Positions 36,526-50,809 of a stretch of 64,000 nt of DNA are shown here, in pieces. The translations under genes and the position numbers were made by a program. The notes below the pieces were generated by a model. It searched no databases. It saw only the letters and a program-made list of their open reading frames with translations, and had not been told where the DNA came from. Every line of letters begins with the position of its first letter. Position 1 is the stretch's first letter. Origin of the DNA: Rhina ancylostomus (Eukaryota); the NCBI GenBank assembly GCA_030265395.1, contig JARFYF010000074.1, positions 87,659,235-87,723,234 on the forward strand, read 5' to 3'.

Positions 36526-37659
36526 AGTAAATGCTTTCTCTGATATGTGCTCATTTCAGCAAGTGATGTGTATAGTTATGGATTTAACTTTTTATGCAGC
36601 ATGATTACATTTCCAAGCAATGACACTATCAGGGAATGAATGTATCAGGTTGAGAAAAGGAATGTATAAAACTGTTTTGGGATCTTTGTTGTGGCTTTAT
36701 AATTTATCACTGTTTCCAAGAAATATTATCCTGGATAATTTGATCAGATTTCTCGATTTAAGAGAGTAAATGAGACACACCTAATCAGAAGAGGCTAACT
36801 TTTGTCTACCTATTGGTCAATGCTATGACATTTTCATATCATGTTATGTAGGTACCGATGTGAGGCCCCTAAATGGTACAATGAAATTACCCACAACATG
36901 AGTTAGGTATTTGCAAAGCTTTTATTGGGGTAAAGACATAGAAAACTTCAAGACGAAGGCTCCAGGTGTAAGGGGCATCAATCTACCTCATGGTCATTGA
37001 TGACAGTCAGCTCAAACACTTCATAAGATAATATTGGGAAGATGTGGGTTGAGAATCATTGTGGAATTGTATTTAATACAATACAGTACATTCTTAAAAA
37101 TTTTCTGCCTCAGTTTCCCTGTTCTTTCTTAATTAAAAGATCATAAAACCTTCCTCCACATTGAGCATGGGTTGAGGTCATCCCCCGTTCTTCTGGCCAT
37201 TTCATTTCACTACCTTGGATTGCCTTTTATTTGTGTTATCCATGCATAAAGCTCCTTCCATTCCTTCATGAATTAGCCACCCTGATGAACCCAGAAGCAG
37301 TGTCTAAAATCCCACTCCAACGATGCTTCAAGCCTTTAAAAACAAATAAAACACTGTTATTTCAGTTTATTTCGGAGGGGACCATTGAGGGAAGACTTAA
37401 ATACTTGCATTTCCTAAATATGAGCTGATATTCTGACGTGAATCTTAAAAGTAATCCTCAGTGGGTCTGAATTGAAACATGTTTATTATTATTTACCTAT
37501 GTTAATTTAAGTTTCTTACTTCCTGATTCGCTTTTCTCCAATGTATTTTTAAACTTATTGGAAGATTATGTGTAACTATTATGATCAATACCACCTAGTA
37601 TATATTGTTTTAGCCTGTGTGCTCAGTAGCCCTTTGAAAGCCTTTCTTGTTTGATTTTC

Positions 37660-37975
37660 AGGATGTGTGTGTCACTGGCAAGGTTAGCATCTATTGCACA
37701 TTTACATTAGCCCTGGAATATGTCATGATGAACCACCTTCTTGAACAGCTGCAGTCCCAATAATAAGGGTACTCCAAGAGTAGCTGTTGGGTAAGTAGTT
37801 TAGACCCAGTGATGAAGAAGTAACAGCAATATTCTAGGTCAGTATAGTATATGACTTGGAAGGGAACCTGCAGGCAATGGTGTTCCCATGTCCCTGTGGT
37901 AGGGGTCGTGGGTTTGGGAGATGCTGTAAAAGTAGCTGATTTGAGCAACTACAATGAACACTTGCAATGTACAAG
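37660..37975 (-). mobile_element. Ancient CR1-group LINE 3' end
   Basis: 'ggatgtgtgtgtcactggcaaggttagcatctattgc...tgacttggaagggaacctgcaggcaatggtgttcccatg'. Confidence 0.7.
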
Positions 37976-39829
37976 CAAGCCAGGTGTTGTTACATGTGAT
38001 TTTGTGATGAATGTTCCCAGTAACTGCTGGACTTCAAAAGAGCAAGCATTAAAAAATAGGGACTGAAATATTTCACCCCTTTCTCTGAGCTGTATCCTGT
38101 TTGAGAATTTATGTTGGAGAAGAAAAAACATTAATGCTGGCAGATTTGAAATAAAAGCAGAAATGTAGCAGATCAACTAACATCCAAAAAAAAAATCAGA
38201 ATGGTAAAATGCTTGTGGTTAATCTTAATTTTTGCCTCTCTTTATAAAAATAAAGATTGGCTGAGAAAGGATAACTTAGCTAAACCAATTAGCTCTACAA
38301 GGAATGAATGCAGAATATTTCTAGAATGTTTAACTGGAGATGGTGGAATATGTACTACAATTCATTTTCCACTCAGGCCATCAATAATGATGGGGAGGAA
38401 CACTGTATGAGATTGTGTTTCATGATTTTGTGGCGTTAGAAGTTAAATATTGTGAAAATAATTTCACATTTGTATATCCTTATATGGTGAAATGTTGGCT
38501 GAATGAAAGATGAGATTAAATAGTGAAATAGATATTTGGAAAATAGTTTAACCCGAGTTTTCATGTTAGTTCTACTTTATAAGAATATATCTGACATCTG
38601 AGAATGACTTTGTGAGGCATTATTCAGCTTGTTGGAAGATCAATGGAAAATTTGACCTGGCTAATCCTAATTTGAAATTATTGCACATGTTTGCTGTTTA
38701 GGAATAATTGTGCTACACCTGATGCTTGGATACATAAAAGTCTGCTGTGTGGCCTACATTTAATGTTAGTTTAATGATTCATTTTTAAATTAATTAAAAA
38801 TAATTTAGATCTAAAAGAACCATTGATGCAATAACACCATCAAGGGAAATTACTTCCCGGTATTAATATTCCTGTTAAAGGCATAGCTTGATACTTAGGC
38901 ATGGTCTAAAATTTCTATTCCTTTCCTAATCGAAATAAGTCACAGGAAGAGAAGAATTTCACTTGTGAATTTCCTAGCTATGAATATTTTAAACATTTCA
39001 AGAGTGGTTTTAACTCTTAAGCTGATTCATTGATGTGATGGGATATGTCCTGAAGCCTTAGAAGCAAGTTTGTGAATTTTGGATTCAGGGTAATAATACA
39101 GCATTTACATTAACAAACAGAATAATCTTGTTAGCATTTTGAACACTAAAAGACAGAATTGTGGAAAACAGTATTGGGTTGTTGCACACACTGTTAGTGT
39201 TACTGTTCATTTCAAATCTTTAGCTAAAGAAATGCAAGGTATCAGGCTCATTGCCATACCCTGAAGCTTACAGGCTTTACGTGGCATAACTATAATAAAG
39301 GTACTTTATGAAGGTAAATTGGTAAAGGCTGTGTACCATCAGTATCCCCACCCATGGATACAAACTAGGAGTGCTTTCTCAACAGTTGGGATTTTTCTGG
39401 GAAAACAAATGCCTGTGGTTTCTAATTGCAATTTTACAGCAAGTACAAAGAACAAACTGCTAGGGCTTTAGTTTGGTGAGTGTTGGACAGAGTGCCTGTT
39501 TTCATTCTTCCTTGTGATCCTTTTGCAAAGTGAGTGGTGCTGAATTTCTTAGGGCTGTATTTTACTGATTTAACATTCCCTCTCTCCCAGAGGAGATGAC
39601 AGACGGCGTGTAATTTAGTTACATTCGCTCGGATGGAGAAACACCTGGCTCCCTCCCCCAGGACAAGAAAAAAACCTAACAAAAAAATTAAAAAGATAAA
39701 ATCTACCCTCGATCTTAGCTTGAAAACATTACATAAAATGTTGTGTCATTATACTAAAGAATTATTTACTTTAATACAATATAATCAAATCAAATCTAAT
39801 ACAATCATATGTGATATAATCTAATTGAT

Positions 39830-40055
39830 TATATGTCCATCTATTTGTCAATATCTATCTGTTTAGCTTTCTGACTGCTTTCGTGTTTATCTATCTATCT
39901 TTATATCTGTTTGTTGTCTATCTGCTTGTATGTTAATCAATCAAAGTGACTGTGTCATCTTATTACTTATTCATATTTTTTCTTTCTTTTCCTTGTTTAC
40001 AATGATATCAATCTGCTTATATTTGTCTGGTATCAGTCTGTCCATCTATCTGCCC
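39830..40055. repeat. Degenerate (TATC/TGTC)n low-complexity tract
   Basis: Repeated tatc/tctatc/tgtc units, e.g. 'tttatctatctatctttatatctg'. Confidence 0.5.
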
Positions 40056-42367
40056 ATCCCAAAATACAGATTCCTATAGCCTTCCATGTTTCCTCTGCGC
40101 ATTCAGCTGCCATAAAGACTATCAAAATCAGATCATCTGTATCCCTGAAAATAATGCACACAGTATAGTCTGATGAGTAAAATTAATTGATGGAAAATTG
40201 CATAGGCCATAAATCAGGCATGCTGACCTTTATGCCCGAATTCCTGATGTGCACTTCTGTTGCATGAAGCTCTGTGAAAAATCATTAAATTTACTCTTAA
40301 ATTGCTTTTTTGTCTTTTAAATGAACCCAATACCACTAGAGGACCAATCTTCCTTCTGGTCTGCAACCAGTTGCTTCACAACTGAGAGTGCTCAAATGTT
40401 ATTTACATGTCTAAGGCATCTTTGCACCTAATTTTAGTCTCTTGGATCATTTTAATAACTTGGGTGCATCTCTGGTATGGGTTACCATCTGTTAGTAAAA
40501 TATAGGTGGTGGGGTGGAAATGGGAAGGGAACGGCAAGTCTAGTTTCTGGCTACTGTAAAATTCGCCTGGCTACTGTTCTCACTGGAAGCTTTGAAAATA
40601 TGGCTACCTACCGTTGTAGTTCTTTTTTGGCTTGGTCTTAGGCGCCCTCACCCAAGTGGACTTTAGGGTTTGGATCATTGCCAGTTCCATCAATTGTCAC
40701 AGGAAATATGTGTTCCTACCATAGTCTACAGTTGAGGGCTTAGATACGAGTATATAAAGCCATAGCTAACTTAATTTATGTTGAGGGAATGAAAACTGTG
40801 AACATGTATCTCTGTCCACATTCCCTTTTCCTCAAATTTGTGTCTGCTGATATGACTTGCGCTAGCCAAAATCAACTCACAAAATATGCAAAGTTGAAAA
40901 ACATTGTAAGGTAACTTGTACCTTTTGCTTGATAGGGATGCAGATAGAGAATTGGCCAAAGAAGTCCATGCTTTCAACCATGTCACATCCCTGCCTCTGC
41001 TAAGCAATGCTATGCACTAAGTACAACCTGGCAAAATTTACCTCAATGAGTGCTCCCAATTTATGACAGAACACAATAGCTGTCTCCTCAAGAGGAATAA
41101 GAGACAGAATTATTATTATGCAGACAAATGTGGTCGTAACAAGATACTCGAAGAATATCCCATCTACCCTTTTACATATCAAAAGCTTATAATTGTAGCA
41201 AAAGATTAGAGAGATTCCCATTGAGATTCTTGTTTAAGATACATTGCAGTAATTTCCAGAGTTGAGTAAAGTTAGAAGTAAAACTCCACACAAAATCTAT
41301 ATTTTGCAAGCAAGCTAATACCAACTTTCAGTACCGTCATAAAAATGTCATTCTCAAAATAGTGTGCATTTTTGACACCTTCCGGCAGCTTCTACTGCCA
41401 CTTATATCATGGTGCTAAGTATTTGTGGTTAGTTTTGTACTTGTTCAGGAAGGAGTTGGCTAAGAGTGACAGCAACACCCCCTTGACTCCNNNNNNNNNN
41501 NNNNNNNNNNNNNNNNNNNNNNNNNNNNNNNNNNNNNNNNNNNNNNNNNNNNNNNNNNNNNNNNNNNNNNNNNNNNNNNNNNNNNNNNNNCCTTGACTCC
41601 ATCTACACAAGGTTCATGGGCATCTGATGGGCCATAAAGGAAATTCACATATTTTAGGGAGGACAATGGAGAATTTTTTAGTGCATTTAGGCAGTTTAAC
41701 ACTTTAACCTATCTCAAAATTTGTAGTTAGATGAAAATCAAGGAAAACAAAACAAAAAAAATGCATCAAGGGAACAGTGAACTTGTACTCTGCAATACTG
41801 TTGAATTGGATGAGATTTGATTGTGATCTTGAAAGTGGTGAAAGGATTTAATACTCCTGATGTACACAGTTATATTGGCTAGGTATGCAAGGAAGAATAA
41901 AGTAATGTTGGCCTTCTCAAGGGCAGTTGGGGATTGGCAGTGATGCAGGCGTTGCCAATGTGCATAGATATGAAGAAACTAATAAATTTAAAAAAATCCT
42001 TTGCATACCACCGTTGAACGCCCTACGTTAGAGTCAGTATATTCACATCAGAGCTTACCTAAAGAACTCATTTCTGATAAATGCCCCTCACTTTTGATCT
42101 ATTCCATCTGCAAACTTTATGAAGTAAAGAGATAACAACTTATTTTTGTTAATTAATATTACCAGCTTCAAATGTTAAAAAAGTTAATCAAAATAGTTAA
42201 AGAAGATCAAGCAATTTCACACAAGAGAGTGAAGATTACCAGAACTTTAATTTCAAATCCAGAGGCAGTCTAAAAGTATACTCAACACCAAATTACATAA
42301 GAAAATCACACACATCTACAAAAATCATTCCTAGCCTAATTCTTTTGCATGTTATGCATTAACTGTG

Positions 42368-43648
42368 TCACAAGATCACAATCACAAGATCACAGGACGA
42401 AGGAGCAGAAGTAGACCATTTGGCCTATTGAGTCTGCTCTGCTACCTCACCATGAGCTAAACTATTCCCCTCCAGCCCCAATTTCCAGCCTTTTCCCCAT
42501 ATCCCTTAATACCTTGACTAATTAGATACTTGTCAATCTCCTCCTTAAACACCCCCAATGATTGTGCCTCCACTGCTGTAAGTGGAAACGAATTCCATAA
42601 ATCCACGACCCTCTGGCTAAAGAAATTTCTTCTCATTTCTGTTCTAAATGGGTACCCTCTAATNNNNNNNNNNNNNNNNNNNNNNNNNNNNNNNNNNNNN
42701 NNNNNNNNNNNNNNNNNNNNNNNNNNNNNNNNNNNNNNNNNNNNNNNNNNNNNNNNNNNNNNNNNNNNNNNNNNNNNNNNNNNNNNNNNNNNNNNNNNNN
42801 NNNNNNNNNNNNNNNNNNNNNNNNNNNNNNNNNNNNNNNNNNNNNNNNNNNNNNNNNNNNNNNNNNNNNNNNNNNNNNNNNNAGCACATCCTTCCTAAGA
42901 TATGGGGCCCAAAACTGCACACAGTATTCCAAATGAGGCCTCACCAGTGCCCCATAGAGTCTCATCAATACTTCCTTACTTTTATAAGTTATACCTCTCG
43001 AAATGAATGCCAACATAGCATTTGCTTTTCTTACCGCCGATCCAGCCTGGCGGTTAACCTTTAGGGTATCCTGCACGAGGACCCCCAAGTCCCTTTGCAC
43101 TCCATCTACCTAACAATCTGCCCGTTTATTTTTTTCCCCCAAAGTGCACAATGGCACATTTCTCAACATTGAACCTCATCTGCCATTTCTTTGCCCATGC
43201 TCCTAAACTATCTAAGTCTCTCTGCAACCTTTCTGTTTCTTCAATACTCCCTACTCCTCCACCTATCTCAATGTCATCTGCAAACTTAGCCACAGAACCA
43301 TTTACTCCATAATCTAAATCATCAATATACAGTGTAAAAAGAAGCGGTCCCAACATAGACCCCTGTGGAACACCACTGGTAACTGGCAGCCAACCAGAAC
43401 AGGATCCCTTTATTCCCACCTTTTGCTTTCTGCCTATCAACAAATGCTCCACCCATTCTAATATCCTTCCTGTAATTCCATGAGCTCTCATCTTATTAAG
43501 CAGCCTCTTGTGTGACACCTTGACGAAGGCCTTTTGAAAATCCAAATACACAACATCCACAGCCTCTCCATTATCCACCCTACTTGAAATTTCCTCAAAA
43601 AACTCCAATCAGTTGGTCAGGCAGGATCTTCCTTTCTTGAAACTATGC
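42368..43648 (-). mobile_element. CR1 LINE with well-preserved RT domain (frameshifted, internally deleted, N gap)
   Basis: ORF 43126-43608: VDVVYLDFQKAF..VSH..SGVPQGSMLGPLLF..KFADD; ORF 42633-43100: RDLGV...LVRPHLEYCVQFWAP; tandem tail '(cacaagat)n' at ~42368-42395. Confidence 0.95.
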
Positions 43649-44359
43649 TGGCTTGGGCCTATCTTGTGCATTGATATTACCTGTATATCAGTGTTTTGTT
43701 ACTTTAAAAACACAAGGGGAGCAGTGTGTAATGTATCTTTAAGCGAGGAACATGATGTTTTCTCTTTATCTATCTCTGTTTATTCTTTGATCCTATTGGG
43801 CAATCGAGTCAAACCTCTGTCTCAAACAGTGCAGCATTTTCAAAGACAGTCTAGAGCATTTGGTTTGTAGCAAATCTTAGACCTAGGCTGCAAATAGCCG
43901 GTGTGCTGTCTTGTACTTCTACTTTGGATATACACTTTTTGTGTCTCAGTATATTTTGAGGACATTACAAGATGTGAAAGAAAGCTTCACTAGAATTTGG
44001 GCTCCCAAACAGATTGACCTACTGGCTCTAGACTGGCACTGGGATTTGGTTCAGCCACATCTGGAATACTGTGTTCACGCTGGAACTCACTTGGGGAGAT
44101 ATTGAACTTATGGAAAAGGTGCAACAGAGTCAATCGCTTGATCCCTCATTTACAGGCCATTGGGATAGGCTAAGGAAATTGAGTACTATGGAACAGTGTA
44201 GAGGATTATATTACAAGACATTGCTTCTTATATATTTAACAGCCTACTGAAGTTTCAGGTTGCCCCCATGGACTGGAGAAAGGTCGATGTGATGTTGATA
44301 TGTAGGAATAGGAGTAAAGTAATTCAGAACTATGGAAATATAAAACTGTTTGGCTTAAC

Positions 44360-45310
44360 TTAGAAAATAGAACTGTGCAGCACAGGAATAGGCCATTTGG
44401 CCCATAATGTCTATGCCAACCATGATGCTAAATTAAGTTAAACCTGTCTGGCTGCACACCATCCATATCCCTCTATTCCCTTCATCTTCATGTTCATGTT
44501 CATGTGCCTGTTTAAATGCCTCTTAAATGCCACCATCCTGTCTGCTTCTACTACTACCCTCGGTGGAGTGTTCCAGGCAGCTACCACTCTCAGTGTAAAA
44601 AAACTTACCCCGCACATCTCCTTTAAACTTTCCCTCTCTTACCTTAAAGCTACTGTCATGGTTCTGAGTTCTAGCCCTCAATTTGGATCCATTAATGCCT
44701 TGTTGTCCAGCACATGGATTCCATGCTGGACTGATTGCATAACAATACACNNNNNNNNNNNNNNNNNNNNNNNNNNNNNNNNNNNNNNNNNNNNNNNNNN
44801 NNNNNNNNNNNNNNNNNNNNNNNNNNNNNNNNNNNNNNNNNNNNNNNNNNTATCCTGACTCCAGTCTTGTACCAGTGTGCTGCATTTGGGTTCTCTGTGA
44901 GTTTGCTCTGGATCAACATTGTGACAGCTACATCCTCTAGTATATTACATTTCTACCCTAGGAAAAACACTCTGGCTATCTACCCTATGTATGCCTCTCA
45001 TAATCTTATAAAGCTCTATCAGGTCTCCCCTCAGCCTCCAATGCTCCAGAGAGAACAATCCTAGTTTGTCCAGCCTCTCCCTGTAGCTAATACTTTCTAA
45101 TCCAGACAGCCTCCTGGTGAACCTCCAATGCACCCCTTCCAAATCCTCCACATCCTTCCTGTGGAGACCAGAACTGCACACAATATTCCAAATATGGCCT
45201 AACCAAAGTTTTATATTGCTGCAGTACGACTTCCTGACTCTTATATTGAGTGCCCTGACTGATGAAGGCAAGTATGTCTTCTCTATCTACTTGTATTGCC
45301 ATTTTCAGGG
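44360..45310 (-). mobile_element. CR1 3' fragment interrupted by an LTR insertion
   Basis: ORFs 44945-45271 and 45087-45371 (LVRPYLEYCVQFWSP; YRERLDKLGLFSLE); CR1 continues on the other side (FKVREGKFKGDVRGKFF), with the tail at ~44365-44410. Confidence 0.9.
44654..44926. mobile_element. LTR retroelement (solo LTR or collapsed full element) with 5-bp TSD
   Basis: TGTCA...TGACA termini; GCTAC duplicated at 44649-44653 and 44927-44931; 100-N gap inside. Confidence 0.85.
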
Positions 45311-45359
45311 AGCTATATACTTGGACTCCATTATAAAATGTTACCAGTGATGCATTTAG

Positions 45360-45850
45360 AGCAAAGATCATTAGGTAATCATAGGAAAGCCTACTTCACT
45401 GACAAGATTGAAATTTTTGAAGAATGTTTAAAAAAAATGTTGGATGGTCTATGCTGGGTAACCTGGTTTACTAAAAGCCTTTGATAAATTGTCACATAAA
45501 ATGTTAAATAATGTAGTGAATTATGTAATTGGTAAGTGGACTGGATATGCAATTGGTTGCTACCAGAGCATGGATTTTAAATGTCACTGATCTGTGTGAG
45601 GGGGTCAGTTGCTTGTTACCAAGATCAACATTAGCTGTGTTGATTTTGACTATCTTTGTTAATAATTGGGATGAGGGCCTCAATGGAGTGGCCCAGAAGT
45701 TTGCTGATGACATGAAATAGATGCGGGAGTTCAGACTACAGGCAAAATAAATAACCTGCATACAGATCTAGATGTACTGGGGAAAATGAGCTCCTGAATG
45801 GCAGATGACTTTATATGTCATACAAGTAGAGTAACACATTTCTGCTAGAG
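45360..45850 (+). mobile_element. Old CR1 RT remnant
   Basis: ORF 45529-45720 ends ..IFVNNWDEGLNGVAQKFADDMK (RT FADD motif). Confidence 0.7.
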
Positions 45851-47689
45851 TATTTGATTATATACAGTAATTGCATTGTGATAGATGGATTGTTCTTCTT
45901 TTCATCCTTGATGTTGCCATTATAATATCCTTGCATTTGGATCTAATGCCACCAGCAGTGGTTGGTGGCATTTTACTAGGGTAAAGGATCTGCCTAGTAA
46001 AAACTGTTATGGAGCTGCCTTCAAACATACCTTTTATACTTTTTCAATGGTCGGACAGACTGCATACTGGTGGTTATGGGAGTTTCCAGTTGGAAGATGG
46101 CTAGATGGGCTGAGCTTTCATCTCATGGTGGGGAAGAAACTGATGCTACAAGTTTGGGCAAAGAAAATCAAACTAAAATGATGATAGACATTTTAACATC
46201 ATCACATTGGTAACTCATTTCCATCTTCAGCAAAGTTAATATTTTGGAAAAAAAAAACAAGCTTCGACTAAACTACACTTTTCCATGAGCTTAAACTCCA
46301 TATTTTTCACCACCGATATGACTTGGTTGCAGTGTCTACCATATAAAAGCAGACATATTGCTGTTATTTTATTTCCACTAAATCAAAATTGTGGAGCACC
46401 CTACCAGGTCTTGTTNNNNNNNNNNNNNNNNNNNNNNNNNNNNNNNNNNNNNNNNNNNNNNNNNNNNNNNNNNNNNNNNNNNNNNNNNNNNNNNNNNNNN
46501 NNNNNNNNNNNNNNNCCTACCCGGTTTTTTTTTCCCCCCCCCCCCCCCCCACCCACATGAATTTATAACCTTTTGACACTGATAAAATGTCATTTTGGTG
46601 TCACTCAGAGGCCTTTGCAAAGCCAAGTTAGGATTTGATCAAATTTACCCAATTGGAATATGAGGTAGTTTTCTGAGCTTGAAATCCATAAATATTGGTG
46701 AGTATTTCAACCACTGAGGAAGGGTGTGTTTTGTAGCAGGTCAGATTAAATCTGCAAAAAAAAAGTAAATTGGGCTAGAAATCCAACAAAAGCCCAGCAA
46801 ATCCAGATTTAATCAAGTGTCCAAGGCAGCAATCCAGAAAACCCTATCACCCTTAAGAGAGAGTTTATCCTTGTCCCATTCATGTCTTCACCCTTCCTCT
46901 CTACCCATGATATTCTCAATGCAGATGCATGCTACTCAAGTCCCTGTTCTGCGACTGAGATGCTTCTGCCAATGTTCTCTGGGTCTTCAAGCCATTGTGG
47001 TGTTCGACCTGAACTTGTGGAGGGTAGATTTGGCCTTTGGGGAACAAAACAATAGGTGTGGTTCTGACCTAGGGTGATGACAACAGGTCAGAAAGGAAAA
47101 CACTTTGACCAGAGTCTCCACTTCTGTCCACCTGCCACCATGGTTGCTCTCATGGCTTCCTACCCTGTCCTGCTGAGCATGTTGTAAGTTTGTGCATTGC
47201 TGAGAGGTCGTGGTCAGGATACCTGTCATTACATAAAAGCTAATAATAGTAGTGTGTACCTCTTGGCAACAACCTATCTACATTTATTGGATTGCTGCTT
47301 TTGTTGCTCCATGCGTTTGGCCACTCATCACATTGACCTGTTAGACAATGCCCCTTAAACTTGAGATAAACTTCTCTAAACTTTTCACTGGACACCTTGC
47401 CCGTTAGCTGCTGACCCTGTTGTCTGACAACCCTGAGCATTTGTTTACCCATTAGTCAGAGCTTGGAGAGTCCTTTGTCCTCTGAGGACTCCTGTCACTG
47501 CTGTTACTGGCTCTATTATTTGGTCTTGCTCACTTTCAGTGAATGAAAGACCAAGAGAAAACCCAACCATTTGACTTACCAGATTCACCAAGTGTTGGTT
47601 GTACCCAGATCCTGTGATGGTGTACCCTCAGGGTAGTCTGGGGATTTTTTTTGTTGTGCTACTGTCCTATAGTGTGGGTGAGGAACCTG

Positions 47690-48665
47690 AGGGATTAAAA
47701 ACATGGATTAGAATTTTGAACTAGGTGTAAATGGGTCTTTTTCTAGTTGGCAAGATGTAATGAAGGGTGTGCCACAGTTAGGGCCTCAACATTTTACAAT
47801 TCATGTAAGTGAATTTAATGAAGGCACCAAAAGTGTGTTTGTTAAATTCACTAATGGCATAGAAAGTAAGTTGTGAAGAGAACACAAGAGCTGCAAAGGG
47901 ATATGTAGGGTTTAAGGGAGTGTTAAAGATTTGGCAAATCGAGTGTAATATGGGAAAATGTAAAGTGGTATATTTTAGCAGGAAAATTACATTATCTCAA
48001 TGGTGAGAGATTGCAGGGCTCCAAAATGCAGAGAGATCTGGATGTTCTGGAGCAAAATTCACAAAAGGTTACTGTGCAGGTACAGCAAGTAATTAAAAGA
48101 CTAACTGAATGTTATTGCTTATTGGTAGCAGAAATGACTGCAAATGTGAGATCATATTTGGAGTACTCTGTACAGTATTGGTCTCCTTACTTAGGGAATG
48201 ATGTAAACATATTGGAATCAGTTCAGATAAGATTTACTAGAGTAATACCTGAAATTGGCAGGTTGTCTTATTGGGGAAATTTATATTTGCTGAAGTTTAG
48301 AGAGTGAAAGGCAACTTGATTGAAACATACAAGATCCTGAGGTTGAATGTGGAAAGGATGTTTTCTCTTGAGAGAATCCAGAATTTGGGTCACTGTTTAA
48401 AAATAGGGGATCACTCGCTTTATTTTAAATTTTCTCGCTGAGGTTCATGAATCTTTGAAACTCTTTCTCAAAGAATGTGGAAACAGTCTTTGAATATTTT
48501 TAAGGCAGAGGTAGATGGAATCTTGATAAGTAGGAGGATGAAAGGTTATTGTGGATAGATGAGAATACACAGTTACGTGTACAATTACCAGTGTGATCTT
48601 ATTAAATGGCAGAGCAGACTTGAGAGCTGAGTGGCTTAACTCTGCTCTTAGTTCTTATGAACATA
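47690..48665 (+). mobile_element. Old CR1 ORF2 3' half plus tail
   Basis: ORF 48011-48307: QRDLDVL...VRSYLEYSVQYWSPYL..D...LESVQIRFTRVIP; tail 'gagtggcttaactctgctctt..ttcttatg'. Confidence 0.85.
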
Positions 48666-50809
48666 TGTATAAAAAGTAAGTGTTTAAAGTTTGCATTTTG
48701 CATATAATTGCATTTCAATACATTGGTACATTTAAGGCACATGTTTCATTGCTTGCACTGGCAGCAATATGTTGAAATATTTCTTTTTGGAATGTCATTT
48801 TCAGAGTTTTCCAGGATTTGAATAGCAATTGCCTGATTTGCTCCTCTTGGGTGATCCATTTCGATCTATGACCCCAAACATGATCATTGTTTGTGCTTGA
48901 CTAATCTTTTGCCAGCTAGCAAAAACATGTAACGAGAAAATCTCTAGGATGTTTTCTTGAGTCTCTTTGTAAACATTGCTGATTCCAAGTTGGAAAAATT
49001 TTGATTCCTGTAGCATGATCATAAACTGCTTTGACTATAGTTGTTTACCTACTCTTGTTAAATTAAATTTTCCTACCTGTACTTACATCTGTGGCAGTGT
49101 AAAATGGACATGAATATCACTTATGCAGAAACCCAAATCTCACTGACTCCACTGAGACATGCCCAAGTCCCAGGACAGATGACGTTATGTTGAATGCAGA
49201 AGAATGAATAGAGCCAGCACAATGCTTCAGAAACTATTATGAAAAGTGATGTCATAATATTATGGTGGGTACTGAAACTTCCTCTTCCCTAAATCTGCTG
49301 GCATGAATCTGACCCCTCAGTACTGGAAAATTGGCTAGAAATCCAGAGAGAATATAAAACACATATTTGCCAGCATGAGGCCAGGAATAATAAACTATTG
49401 TTAAAGGAAGAGATGTGAGTTTGTGAAATTTTCCTACTAGACATAGAAGGCAGAAGAAAAACTTAATACAAGATTTTTAAATTATGAAGCACTTTGATAT
49501 ACTCTATTTGGTTGGGAAGTGTGCAAAGAGGATGCTCATTCATATGAAGCTATCAAAAAATGAGTGAAGAGAGATGTTCAGAGAAATTTGTGTAATAAAT
49601 GGCTGGTGATGTGGAGATAATCAGACCTTTTAAATTAAGGATACATAATCAAAGCAGGGAAGATATGTTGCTTTGAGAATCAGGAACTGAATTTAGTTTG
49701 GATTGTGTCAGGAAAAACCTTTCACAGACAAAGGGCTGAATGTTCTTTTGTATTGTCATCCTCTGCAGTTTGCCCATTTGCCTTCAAACCCATAATCTTG
49801 ATGGTGATGCATTTCAGAATGAGGCACGTGGCACAGGTNNNNNNNNNNNNNNNNNNNNNNNNNNNNNNNNNNNNNNNNNNNNNNNNNNNNNNNNNNNNNN
49901 NNNNNNNNNNNNNNNNNNNNNNNNNNNNNNNNNNNNNNACAGGTTTAGTGAGCTCATTGTAATATGTCTGTTATTCTATGTGGTCTTAACGCATAAACAA
50001 ATAAGAAAGGATTTGCATTGGAAAGAGAAATATGAGAGATATCCAACAGCTACCTTGAACAAGTATGTGAAATGTAATATTCTGAACAGGTAAATAAGCA
50101 GTATACTTAGCATTTGATAAAATTAATAGGCCGCAGAATGATGTGGCAACAAGGAGTCAATGAGCAACATGAGCATTCCCATTCCTTAAGGAAGAACAGG
50201 AATTGACAAAATACATTGCCTTCTCCCTCTTGGGATAGTATTCAAAGTTTGTAGTTTTGTAAAAAAAAATTGAAGCAACGTTTTGAAATCAGATTACCCA
50301 TCAACACATTTAGATGGAAATTGTGCATGGCTCAACACATTCTCACCCAATCCAAGCCAGACATTGGCAGCAGAGAATATCACCAGAACCAGCAATTTTT
50401 CATCCAGGCACTATGTATTACATTTTCTGATACATGCTGTTGAGTAGTGAGGCTCCTACTGCCAGTGTGTATTCAGAAAAGTGAGACAGTACACTCTGCC
50501 ATCTTCACCCTTGCTGCTGGAGCAACACTCTTTTTATTATAAGTTATTCCTTACCTTCACAGCAGGCATGCTTTTGGTAGGACCTCCTGCAGTTGGATCT
50601 CCAAAGCAGTGTGTAACTAAATTGAGCAATTCTCATCTCCTCACAGCTTTCAGCTGTTTTCTTCTCTCAGCTTTGTTCTGTTTTAAGGGTGTCTGGCACT
50701 ACTTGAAGAGTTACTGATGCTACGTCCTCTGACCTCAGTGATTCTGGGATGTTGTGCAACAAGTGTCATAAAGACAAATAATTAAATTTTGTTCCATGTT
50801 TCTCAGGAC

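Noticed and set aside
45971-46002. 10-bp inverted repeat TTTTACTAGG...CCTAGTAAAA
   Set aside because: An isolated short hairpin with no TSD or other support; it may be a decayed MITE or chance
46870-47690. Moderately GC-rich unique-looking segment with several short ORFs, considered as an R2/Tx1-type or pseudogene remnant
   Set aside because: I could not find convincing RT, nuclease or host-protein motifs; a tBLASTx search is needed
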